From Candidatus Geothermarchaeales archaeon (GTDB lineage Archaea; Thermoproteota; Nitrososphaeria; Geothermarchaeales; JAUWBL01), in assembly GCA_046757245.1 (NCBI GenBank), contig JBHHXX010000009.1, positions 1-24,000 on the forward strand: a stretch of 24,000 bases of DNA. Reading direction: 5' to 3'. The position numbers and the translations under genes were made by a program. The notes under the pieces were generated by a model. It ran no database searches, had not been told where the DNA came from, and was given only the letters and a program-made list of their open reading frames with translations. Shown one piece after another: positions 7,390 through 15,489 of this stretch (positions are counted from its first letter, which is position 1; the number at the start of each line of letters is the position of its first letter).

Positions 7390-7821
7390 ATGGTAAGTAG
7401 GATGAAAGTCGAGGAATTTGACTTTCCCGATGACCTATACTACAGCGAGGACCACATGTACGCAAGGGTTGAAGGAGACGTCGTGGTCGTAGGCCTCACC
7501 GATTATGGACAGCACATAGCCGGAACCATCGAATACATAGACGAATTAGACAAGGGCGAGGAGGTGAATCAAGGGAAAGCCTTCACCTCCATCGAGACGG
7601 GGAAGTGGGTCGGAGCGCTGAAGTGCCCGGTGAGCGGAGAGATTTTAGAGTTCAACGAGAAGCTCACGGACCAACCCGACCTCATAAACAAGGATCCCTA
7701 CGGGGAGGGGTGGATGATCAGGGTGAAACCCTCCAAACCCGAGGATGAGCTTAAGACGCTCCAGAGGGTTGAGGCACACGCAGAATTCGTCAAGGGGGAA
7801 ATAAAAAAGAAAGAGGGATAA
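7390..7821 (+). CDS. gcvH: Glycine-cleavage H-protein family lipoyl-carrier protein (GcvH-like)
   Basis: YSEDHMYARVEGDVVVVGLTDYGQ...FTSIETGKWVGALKCPVSGEILEFN...DPYGEGWMIRV aligns with GcvH. The lipoyl-Lys position (ESVK in E. coli) is occupied by K72 in ETGK (codon 7603-7605). Confidence 0.85.
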   Translation: MVSRMKVEEFDFPDDLYYSEDHMYARVEGDVVVVGLTDYGQHIAGTIEYIDELDKGEEVNQGKAFTSIETGKWVGALKCPVSGEILEFNEKLTDQPDLINKDPYGEGWMIRVKPSKPEDELKTLQRVEAHAEFVKGEIKKKEG

Positions 7822-7875
7822 CGAGCGGATATAGACCTTTTACCCCGCTGTAGAAGGGGGTCTCAAAATACTCAG

Positions 7876-8658
7876 ATGGTTGTGAATTCGAAATCGGTCG
7901 TGGAAATGAGAGAAGGAATTGGCTTTTTCTTCGGCTGCACCGTCGCAGTCCTCTTGAAGGAGCTCTATGAAGACCTAAAGAGGGTTCTGGACAAGGCTCA
8001 AGTCGAATATGAGCCCCTGGGCGTCGATCAATGTTGTGGGATACCCCTGGTTCTATCTGGATACATAGATGAGGCTAAGAAGCACGCTGGAAGAATCGTT
8101 GAAGAGATTGAGGGCAAGGATGTTGATACACTGGTAACCGCGTGTCCACACTGTTACATCGCGTTTTCCAAGGAATACCCGGAAACCCTAGGCGTCAGGG
8201 TTCCCTTCAGGGTTCAGCACTTCACCCAGCTCGCGGATAGACTCATAGACGAGAAGAAAATAAAGGTAGAGAAAGGCGTCGACCTGAGGGTAACGTATCA
8301 CGACCCCTGCTATCTGGGACGGATGGGTGACAGAATATACGAGGAGCCTAGGAGGATAATCAGGGCGCTGCCCGGAGTGGAGTTGAAGGAGCTCAGCCTC
8401 AACAGGGAGGACGCGACGTGCTGTGGAGGGGGCGGCCTCCTCAGAGCCTCATTCCCGATTTTGGCTTTGGAGGCGGCCAAGGAGAAGATCGAGATGCAGC
8501 TGGAGCCCCTGGGTGTGGATGCGGTGGTGTCTTCGTGTCCCTTCTGCTACATGAACTTGAGGGAGGGCTTGGAGATGAGAGAGAGACCCCTGAAGGTTTA
8601 TAATCTGGAGCAGCTTTTGGCGAGGTCCCTCGAGGGGGGTGTTGAGGGTGAGCGTTGA
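7876..8658 (+). CDS. lutA: CCG-domain (Fe-S) oxidoreductase subunit, LutA / GlcF / HdrB-like
   Basis: There are two cysteine-rich CCG repeats: C..QCCGIP...CPHC and CY..TCCGGGG...CPFC. Size (260 aa) and layout match LutA-type proteins. Confidence 0.8.
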   Translation: MVVNSKSVVEMREGIGFFFGCTVAVLLKELYEDLKRVLDKAQVEYEPLGVDQCCGIPLVLSGYIDEAKKHAGRIVEEIEGKDVDTLVTACPHCYIAFSKEYPETLGVRVPFRVQHFTQLADRLIDEKKIKVEKGVDLRVTYHDPCYLGRMGDRIYEEPRRIIRALPGVELKELSLNREDATCCGGGGLLRASFPILALEAAKEKIEMQLEPLGVDAVVSSCPFCYMNLREGLEMRERPLKVYNLEQLLARSLEGGVEGER

Positions 8659-9922
8659 GCACGCGGAGTTTTTGAGACACTATAAAAGGTACAAGGGTGA
8701 CCTCTACAAGGCTCTGAAGAACCGGTTCATCAGGCTCGCCCTGAGGAGGGGCGTGGCGACGATGAGGAGGAACACGGCCATAGCCTTCGAGCGCTTCCCA
8801 GACGTCGAGGAGAAGAGGGTTAAGCTGAGGGAGGTCAAGGAGAGGATCCTCGAGCATCTGGACGAGGTGGTTGTCCAGACCATGGAGTCCGTTGATAGGA
8901 TGGGTGGCCACGCCTATTACGCCAAAACCCCGAGTGATGCCTTAAAGACCATCGAAAAGATAGTGGGGTCGGGGAAGCTCGTGGTCAAGGGTAAGTCCAT
9001 GACCTCGGAGGAGATCGACCTAAACGAGCACCTAGAGGAGTGGGGGAACACCGTCTATGAAACTGACCTAGGAGCCTTCATCGTTCAAGTATTACGGGGT
9101 AGACCCATGCACATAACTTCCCCCGCCATCCACATACCCCGGGAGGAGGTGGCCAGGGTATTCTCAGAGATCTCGGGGAAAAACATGGCCCCCGACATCC
9201 CGAGACTCGCGGCGTTCGCCCGAGAACACCTCAGGAAGAAGTTCTTCGATGCCGATATAGGTGTGAGCGGGGCAAACGCGGTCATCGCCGAAACCGGGTC
9301 CATCTACCTCATCGAAAACGAGGGGAACATCAGGTTCGCCACCAACGCGCCTCCCGTCTACATAGCCATCGCTGGCATAGAGAAGATCCTCCCTACGTTG
9401 AGCGACGGAATGCTCCTGGTGGAGGTCGTCTCGAGGTACGCGGGCTACGCGGCCCCGAGCTTTGTCTCCATCATCTCGGGGCCCAGCAAGAGCGGCGACA
9501 TAGAGAAGACCCCGGTCGTCGGCGTCCACGGTCCTAGAGAGGTCCACCTCATACTCCTCGACGGCGGTCGAGGCGAGGTCGCCAAGGACCCCGTTTTGAG
9601 GCAGGCTCTTCTCTGCGTCCGATGTGGAGGCTGCTTCTACGAGTGCCCAGTCTACGCTCTAACGGCGGGCTACTTCGGCCACAAGTATTTGGGGGGTATA
9701 GGTGTTCCTTGGACGGCCTTTGTGTGTGGGGGTCTCGATAAGGCGGCGCCCATGGCCTTCACGTGCAGTCTCTGCGGCAAATGCGTCAAACACTGCCCCA
9801 TGGAGATAGATGTGCCAGCGATGGTGGCTAAGCTGAGGGAGATGTGCGCGATTAAGGGCTATCTCCCCCCCTACGTCGGAGAGATGGTTGAGAACGTTTT
9901 GACAAAGGGAACACCCTATTAA
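8639..9922 (+). CDS. lutB: LUD-domain iron-sulfur protein, LutB-like
   Basis: The central LUD/DUF162-like region is VVKGKSMTSEEIDLNEHLE..ETDLGAFIVQ..GVSGANAVIAETGSIYLIENEGN. A C-terminal 2x[4Fe-4S] ferredoxin pattern follows: CVRCGGCFYECP and CSLCGKCVKHCP. The start is GTG and overlaps lutA by 20 nt. Confidence 0.8.
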   Translation: MLRVSVEHAEFLRHYKRYKGDLYKALKNRFIRLALRRGVATMRRNTAIAFERFPDVEEKRVKLREVKERILEHLDEVVVQTMESVDRMGGHAYYAKTPSDALKTIEKIVGSGKLVVKGKSMTSEEIDLNEHLEEWGNTVYETDLGAFIVQVLRGRPMHITSPAIHIPREEVARVFSEISGKNMAPDIPRLAAFAREHLRKKFFDADIGVSGANAVIAETGSIYLIENEGNIRFATNAPPVYIAIAGIEKILPTLSDGMLLVEVVSRYAGYAAPSFVSIISGPSKSGDIEKTPVVGVHGPREVHLILLDGGRGEVAKDPVLRQALLCVRCGGCFYECPVYALTAGYFGHKYLGGIGVPWTAFVCGGLDKAAPMAFTCSLCGKCVKHCPMEIDVPAMVAKLREMCAIKGYLPPYVGEMVENVLTKGTPY

Positions 9923-10125
9923 ATCCCAATTGGGGGTATGAGAAAACATACCAAAGATTCAACTAAACATTTTTCCGCGGGATATTTATTGGGGCTTTTA
10001 TCCCTTGATTTTTCAATGAATGCGAGGCGACAAATATCAGGAATCTTATATAGCTTTTTCGAGGACACTTTGTTATTCGGAGCAATCCACAAACTCACGG
10101 TCGCCTCGTTAGAGGAGGTCCCCCG

Positions 10126-11511
10126 ATGCGTGGGATAACGATCCAAAACAAGAAGGCTTTGATAGAGAAGGCCTCCACCAGCCGCGACAGAGAGGCTAGG
10201 ATTATAACTCTAAACGCCATCGAGGATGCCTTAAACGCCTCTGACCCCCGAAAAATCATCAGGAGAAGCGTGAAACTCCAAGACGATGACCTCACGGTTG
10301 GGGATCTAACCCTCGATTTGAGGGGCAAGAAGGTCTTCATCGTGGGGGGTGGGAAGGGGAGCGGAGCCATGGCCGAGGCGTTGGAAGAGATCCTCGCGGA
10401 TAGAATTAAAAGAGGCATCATAAACGTGGTCAAGGGCACCAAAGGCGCCTTCAAAACCCAGAGGATAACGTTGAACGAAGGCTCGCATCCCATTCCAAAC
10501 CACCGTGGGTGGGAGGGGACGCGGTGGATGATGCAAATCGCTCGAGAGGCGGGGGAAGGGGATATCCTCATATGTTTGATTTCCGGGGGGGGCTCAGCCC
10601 TGATGCCCCTCCCCAAGGAGGGCATAACTCTGGAAGATGTGCAGAGAATCAACGAGGATCTCCTGAGATCCGGGGCATCCATCAACGAGATCAACGCGGT
10701 TAGGAAGCACCTATCGGATTTCAAGGGAGGACAATTGGCCCGGGAGGCCCACCCGGCGAGGATTGTGAGCCTGATACTCTCCGACGTCGTCGGGGACCCC
10801 CTCGACGTCATAGCCTCGGGACCCACCGCCCCGGACCCCACGACCTTCAGCGAGGCCGTCGGGATACTCAAGGCCTATAATATGTGGAAGGGGGCACCCG
10901 AGGCCGTGAAGAGAACGTTGTTGAGGGGTGAGAGGGGTGAGATACCCGAGACACCCAAGCCTGGAGACGGGGTCTTTGAGAACGTGAGCAACCTCGTAGT
11001 GGGCAACAACAGGATGGTGGTTCAAGCAGCCCGTGAAAGCTTGATGAGGGAAGGCTTGAGAGCCCTCCTGCTTTCATCCTTCATCGAGGGGGAGGCCCGC
11101 CATGTCGGAAGGGTCTTCGGGAGCATCGCACGAGAAGAGGCGAACTTTGACGCGCCCCTACCGAAGCCAGCTGCGGTGGTGGCAGGGGGGGAGACCACGG
11201 TGACGGTTACGGGGGGAGGGAGGGGTGGGCGCAACCAAGAACTCGTCCTTAGCGCCTGTGAGAAGATGGCTGGGCTTGACGGCGTTGCTCTGGCCTCGGT
11301 GGGCACGGACGGCTTGGATGGGTTCACGGACGCCGCGGGGGCCATCGCGGATGGAAAGACCTTTCTCAAAGCTAGGGAGGAGGGGGTCAACCCGCTAGAA
11401 TACCTGAGGAACAACGACTCCTATAGCTTCTTTAGAAGCGTGGGTGGATTGATCATGACGGGTCCTACAGCCACGAACCTCAACGATCTGATGGTGTTGA
11501 CAGCGCTCTAA
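10126..11511 (+). CDS. Glycerate 2-kinase / hydroxypyruvate reductase-like protein (DUF4147 + MOFRL family)
   Basis: Family-typical segments are VFIVGGGKGSGAMA, LISGGGSALMPLP, LSDVVGDPLDVIASGPT, GGETTVTV.G.G.GGRNQE, and the C-terminal MOFRL-type GTDGLDG..DAAGAI..TGPTATNLND. Confidence 0.85.
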   Translation: MRGITIQNKKALIEKASTSRDREARIITLNAIEDALNASDPRKIIRRSVKLQDDDLTVGDLTLDLRGKKVFIVGGGKGSGAMAEALEEILADRIKRGIINVVKGTKGAFKTQRITLNEGSHPIPNHRGWEGTRWMMQIAREAGEGDILICLISGGGSALMPLPKEGITLEDVQRINEDLLRSGASINEINAVRKHLSDFKGGQLAREAHPARIVSLILSDVVGDPLDVIASGPTAPDPTTFSEAVGILKAYNMWKGAPEAVKRTLLRGERGEIPETPKPGDGVFENVSNLVVGNNRMVVQAARESLMREGLRALLLSSFIEGEARHVGRVFGSIAREEANFDAPLPKPAAVVAGGETTVTVTGGGRGGRNQELVLSACEKMAGLDGVALASVGTDGLDGFTDAAGAIADGKTFLKAREEGVNPLEYLRNNDSYSFFRSVGGLIMTGPTATNLNDLMVLTAL

Positions 11512-11575
11512 GGCTAATCAAAAAATTAGGGTCAAATACCAGTAAGGTCAACTTTTCTTTGGACCCTCTTGGTGG

Positions 11576-12373
11576 ATGGGAATGTCGGGAACGGTTATCG
11601 GTGATGCTTTGACCGCCTTGACGGATGAGATTCCAAGGGTTGACGACATCAGGGCAGAGAGGGTTTGCCTGGGCCTAGGCTACACAGGGGTTAAGCTGGA
11701 CACAGGCCACGCTGGACTTTGCTACACCCTTCAGAGAGAGACGTGGTTGCGATGCTGTCAAGCATCGAGGCGAGCTGGCACGCTGGCTGGTAGTCGAGCC
11801 GTGGAGTTGGCCAACCTCGCCGCCTCGTGGGACATCGGTGAGAGAGTCGTGGGGGTCGCTTCCCTAAACGCGTTGTCCCAAATAGTCCTCGAGGGGAAGC
11901 CTAAAAGGTATCTGATCACGAGGGGAAACCTCATCGAAGACCTGGAGATTGGGGGGCGCGACGTCGTGGCCCTCGTGGGCAACATAAGACCCTTCGTCTC
12001 CGTGATCAAGGAGAAAGCCAAGGAGCTCTACGTCCTCGAGAGAAACCCCATGTTGCGCGAGGAGGGGGTTCTGCCCAGCGAGGCGTGTGAGGAGGTTCTC
12101 CCGAGGGCCGACATCGTCATCATCACCGGGAGTGCCCTAGCCAATGGGACGATAGACCGCCTCTTGGAGCTCTCGAGTAGAGCTAGGGAGGTGGCCCTCG
12201 TGGGCGCATCGGCGAGCCTCATCCCAGAACCCTTGTTCAAGCGGGGTGTCACGGCCGTGGGCTGTGTTCGAATTCCCGATCCAGACTGGGTGATGCGTAT
12301 CGTCGCTGAGGGCGGAGGAACCCATCAACTCAGGGCGGCCGTGGATTTTATCGTTGTTAGGCCGCGGGTTTAG
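11576..12373 (+). CDS. DUF4213/DUF364 Rossmann-like protein (putative metal/cofactor-handling, function unknown)
   Basis: The N-terminal CLGLGYTGVKLDTGHAGLCYTL pattern is characteristic of DUF4213. It is followed by a Rossmann-like VALVGNIRP...ADIVIITGSALANGT segment (DUF364). Confidence 0.65.
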   Translation: MGMSGTVIGDALTALTDEIPRVDDIRAERVCLGLGYTGVKLDTGHAGLCYTLQRETWLRCCQASRRAGTLAGSRAVELANLAASWDIGERVVGVASLNALSQIVLEGKPKRYLITRGNLIEDLEIGGRDVVALVGNIRPFVSVIKEKAKELYVLERNPMLREEGVLPSEACEEVLPRADIVIITGSALANGTIDRLLELSSRAREVALVGASASLIPEPLFKRGVTAVGCVRIPDPDWVMRIVAEGGGTHQLRAAVDFIVVRPRV

Positions 12374-12525
12374 TTGACCCAAAACTTTTCAATGGATTTT
12401 CTGACTTCCCGTGGAGAGCCATGAGCTTTAGGTAGAGATCAAAGCGGTTCCATGAAGCCTCGACCCCATCGCGAAAAGGGTTTTAAGGGTGAGCTTGGTC
12501 AAACATATGGGAGAAGGTCGAGATC

Positions 12526-13536
12526 ATGCGTAGGCCGAGGGTCTTCGTGACTAGGGCTATACCCGAGGAACCTATGAGGCTGCTCAGAGGGAACTTGGAG
12601 GTGGACGCGTGGCCCCAGGAGGACCTAAAACCCTCGAGAGAAGAGATCATCGAACACATCAGGGACAAGGAAGGCATATTAACCCTCCTCACGGACGAGA
12701 TAGACGCCGAAGTCATGGATTCGGCTCCAAACCTCAAGATCATCGCAAACTACGCGGTGGGATACGACAACATAGATGTCAAGGCGGCCAGCGAAAGAGG
12801 CATCCTCGTCACCAACACCCCCGAGGTCCTAACAGAAACCGTGGCCGACCTCACCTTCGCTCTGATCCTCTCTGTCGCCAGGGGCATAGTGAAGTATGAC
12901 GCCCTCGTGAGGGGGAGGGGGTGGAAGGGGGACTGGAAGCCCATGCTTTTTTTGGGATCAGATGTGCACGGGAAAACCCTCGGGATAGTGGGCCTGGGGA
13001 GGATCGGCGAGGCCGTGGCGAGGAGGGCCCGAGGCTTCGACATGCGCATACTATACTTCGACATCGTGAGGAGGGGGGAGCTCGAGGGGGAGTTGGGAGT
13101 TGAATACGTTTCCCTGGAAGAGCTCTTGAGGGCCTCGGACTACGTCTCCCTCCATGTGCCCCTCATGAGGGAGACGCGCCATATGATGGGGGAGGAGGAG
13201 TTCAACCTGATGAAAGCCACGGCCTACCTCATCAACACCTCCAGGGGTCCGGTGGTCGACGAGGAGGCCTTATACAAGGCACTCAAGGAGAGGAGGATAG
13301 CCGGGGCGGCCCTAGATGTCTTCGAGGTCGAACCCCTCTCAGACGACAACCCCCTCCTAGAATTGGAAAACGTGGTCCTAACCCCACACATCGGGAGCGC
13401 CTCCCCTGAGACGCGGATAGGCATGGGGTTGTTGGCCGCCGAGGCCCTAGTTGACTTCTTGGCGAGGAAGAGGGCGCCCAGATACGTGGTTAACCCCGAG
13501 GTCCTACGGGGACTCGACCTTAAGAGAGAGGCATAG
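12526..13536 (+). CDS. gyaR: Glyoxylate/hydroxypyruvate reductase (D-isomer-specific 2-hydroxyacid dehydrogenase)
   Basis: Resemblance to archaeal GyaR runs end to end: RVFVTRAIPEE.., IIANYAVGYDNIDV, the NAD-binding motif GIVGLGRIGEAVARRA, INTSRG.VVDE.AL, and the catalytic region LDVFE.EP...L..L.NVVLTPHIGSA. Confidence 0.9.
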   Translation: MRRPRVFVTRAIPEEPMRLLRGNLEVDAWPQEDLKPSREEIIEHIRDKEGILTLLTDEIDAEVMDSAPNLKIIANYAVGYDNIDVKAASERGILVTNTPEVLTETVADLTFALILSVARGIVKYDALVRGRGWKGDWKPMLFLGSDVHGKTLGIVGLGRIGEAVARRARGFDMRILYFDIVRRGELEGELGVEYVSLEELLRASDYVSLHVPLMRETRHMMGEEEFNLMKATAYLINTSRGPVVDEEALYKALKERRIAGAALDVFEVEPLSDDNPLLELENVVLTPHIGSASPETRIGMGLLAAEALVDFLARKRAPRYVVNPEVLRGLDLKREA

Positions 13537-13539
13537 GAG

Positions 13540-13926
13540 GTGAAGGGTTTGCCGAGGATCAAGATAATCGCGGGGGACGTGGAGTTGACCGCTGAGCTAA
13601 ACGCCTCAGAGACGGCCAGCAAGATCTATGAGGCTCTCCCCATCCGAGGTAGGGGGAACAGGTGGGGGGATGAGATATACTTTTCGATCCCGGTAGAGAT
13701 GGGTTCGGAGGAGGACTTCTCGCGGGCGGTGGTGGAGAAGGGGGATCTTGGCTATTGGCCCCCAGGCTCCGCCTTCTGCATATTCTTCGGCCCCACCCCG
13801 GCTAGTAGGGGCGATGAGATCAGACCCGCGAGTGAGGTAAACGTGTTCGGGAGAGTTTTGGGAGACGTCGATAGGCTGAAGAAGCTGAGGTCAGGTGAAG
13901 AGGTCAGGATAGAGAGGGCGGATTAA
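13540..13926 (+). CDS. Cyclophilin-like-fold protein (TM1367-like / DUF3830 type)
   Basis: The pattern is WGDEIYFSIPV....GDLGYWPPGSAFCIFFGPTP.....IRPASEVNVFGRV. The ORF starts 4 nt after gyaR, either at GTG 13540 or at TTG 13549, which follows a GGAGGTG Shine-Dalgarno-like element. Confidence 0.7.
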   Translation: MKGLPRIKIIAGDVELTAELNASETASKIYEALPIRGRGNRWGDEIYFSIPVEMGSEEDFSRAVVEKGDLGYWPPGSAFCIFFGPTPASRGDEIRPASEVNVFGRVLGDVDRLKKLRSGEEVRIERAD

Positions 13927-14041
13927 CCCACACGTTAATGATCGATTCCTCGATGTCATCCTAGGCGGAGAGGATCCATTGTGCGCACCATTTACCCATC
14001 GACGACTTCGATTTTCGACTCGACCATCGGTGGTATGAAGG

Positions 14042-14992
14042 GTGAGGGAAATGATAGAAGTTAAAGATATTGACATAGAGGAAGTGGAGGGTTTCGAGGC
14101 CCTTCTGAGAGCCTATTTTGAGATGGGGGGCTTCACGGCTAAACAGGTGGGGCTGGCAGCCGAAATTCTCGGTGAGATGTTTGTTGACGAGGATTGCACG
14201 GTCTTCCTCAGTTTCACGGGTGACGTGATAGCCACGGGTCTCCGGGGCGTCTTCAAGACCCTCGTCAAGAGGGGTTTGGTGGATATAGTGATAACCACGG
14301 TCGGTACCCTTGACCACGACTTGGCGAGGTGCTGGAGACCCTACTACCAAGGAGACTTCACGGCTGACGACGAGAAGCTCTTCGGGGAGAACATCCAAAG
14401 ATTGGGGAACGTGTTCATCCCCCGGGAGAGCTACGGTGAAATCCTGGAGGAGAAGCTCAGACCCTTCCTAGAAAACCTTTGGCAAGAGGGAAAAAAGGAG
14501 TTGTCCACCCACGAGTTGTGCAAGATCCTCGGAGAAAGGGTCGCGTGTCAAGAATCAATCCTCCACTGGGCGGCCGAAAGGGACATCCCCCTCATCATCC
14601 CCGGACCCCTAGATGGAGCCGTGGGTAGCCAACTGTGGCTCTTCCAGCAGAGCCACCGAGGCTTCCGCATAGACCTCTTCAAGGATCAGGAGTTGCTTTC
14701 AAACGTGGTTTTCGAGGCGAAGAGGACGGGGGCGATGATAGTGGGTGGGGGCATCTCGAAGCACCACCTCCTCTGGTGGAACCAATTTAGGGGTGGGTGT
14801 GACTACGCCGTGCAGATCACAACGGCGGTGGAGCGTGATGGAAGCCTCAGCGGCGCGAGGCTGGATGAGGCCGTGTCTTGGGGAAAGGTATCGAAAAAAG
14901 CGAGGAGGGCTTCTGTCTGGGGTGAGGCCACCGTAGTTCTCCCGGTCGTCGTCAAGGCCGCCCTGGAGCGTGTGGAAAGGGAGCTTGGCTGA
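14042..14992 (+). CDS. dys: Deoxyhypusine synthase
   Basis: VFLSFTGDVIATGLRG....LVDIVITTVGTLDHD and the hallmark MIVGGGISKHH motif are present. Length is ~313 aa. The likely true start is the ATG at 14051 (MIEVKDI..). Confidence 0.9.
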   Translation: MREMIEVKDIDIEEVEGFEALLRAYFEMGGFTAKQVGLAAEILGEMFVDEDCTVFLSFTGDVIATGLRGVFKTLVKRGLVDIVITTVGTLDHDLARCWRPYYQGDFTADDEKLFGENIQRLGNVFIPRESYGEILEEKLRPFLENLWQEGKKELSTHELCKILGERVACQESILHWAAERDIPLIIPGPLDGAVGSQLWLFQQSHRGFRIDLFKDQELLSNVVFEAKRTGAMIVGGGISKHHLLWWNQFRGGCDYAVQITTAVERDGSLSGARLDEAVSWGKVSKKARRASVWGEATVVLPVVVKAALERVERELG

Positions 14993-15458
14993 AGCCTCGA
15001 GGGTCTTCGTGATGTCCAACAGGGAGTATCCGAGCTCGCCCATGGTTGCCGTAGCGGCGGTCATTGTCAAAGATCACCACATCCTCTTGGTTAAACGATT
15101 GAGTGAGCCTGGGAGGGGGACGTGGAGCATCCCGGGCGGACTCATTAAAATCGGTGAGCTCGTCGCTGAAGCCGTGAGGCGAGAAGTTGAGGAAGAGACG
15201 GGTTTAGAAGTCGAGGTTGGACCGCTCGTAAAGGTGGTGGATAGAATCGTTTTAGACGATGAGGGAAGAATCAAGTATCACTACGTCATCCTCGACCACC
15301 TCGCAAAGGTTATCGGTGGAGAGGTTCACCCATCCTCAGATGTGTCCGAGGCGAGGTGGGTTTCCTTCAAAGATCTTCGCCGCTACAAACTCTCTAGGGC
15401 TTTAGAGGAGCTTTTTGAACGGGTCGCTATGCTGCTCGGGGAAGAGGTGGAGGGGTAA
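14970..15458 (+). CDS. NUDIX hydrolase
   Basis: The Nudix box is GGLIKIGELVAEAVRREVEEETGL (Gx5Ex7REUxEExGU). The likely start is the ATG at 15012 (MSNREY..). The track start is a GTG that overlaps the dys stop. Confidence 0.85.
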   Translation: MWKGSLAEASRVFVMSNREYPSSPMVAVAAVIVKDHHILLVKRLSEPGRGTWSIPGGLIKIGELVAEAVRREVEEETGLEVEVGPLVKVVDRIVLDDEGRIKYHYVILDHLAKVIGGEVHPSSDVSEARWVSFKDLRRYKLSRALEELFERVAMLLGEEVEG

Positions 15459-15489
15459 GGTTTACATCAGGTATACATTTAGAATAAAA

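Noticed and set aside
8441-8911. 156-aa minus-strand ORF spanning the lutA/lutB junction, and the 127-aa ORF at 9164-9547
   Set aside because: Both are Pro/Arg/Gly-rich antisense frames within well-supported Fe-S protein genes. There is no start context and no motif.
9919-10146. Mutually overlapping 66-aa (+) and 75-aa (-) ORFs in the lutB-to-glycerate-kinase spacer
   Set aside because: They occupy the same DNA on opposite strands, have no motifs and are AT-rich like a promoter or leader. I treat the region as regulatory instead (see the inverted-repeat finding).
10095-10871. 258-aa minus-strand ORF (with other 70-130-aa ORFs at 10306-11414) antisense to the glycerate kinase gene
   Set aside because: The product is Ser/Pro/Arg-rich and low-complexity, with no recognisable motif. 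The ORF lies entirely antisense to a gene with strong family signatures. Long antisense ORFs are expected in GC-rich coding DNA.
12609-13622. Alternative-frame and antisense ORFs inside gyaR (12609-12899 +, 12750-13064 -, 12921-13103 +, 13224-13622 -)
   Set aside because: These are Arg/Gly/His-rich off-frame translations of a gene whose main frame matches glyoxylate reductase end to end.
13961-14398. 145-aa minus-strand ORF overlapping the deoxyhypusine synthase 5' region
   Set aside because: It is antisense to a confidently identified gene and has no domain signature.
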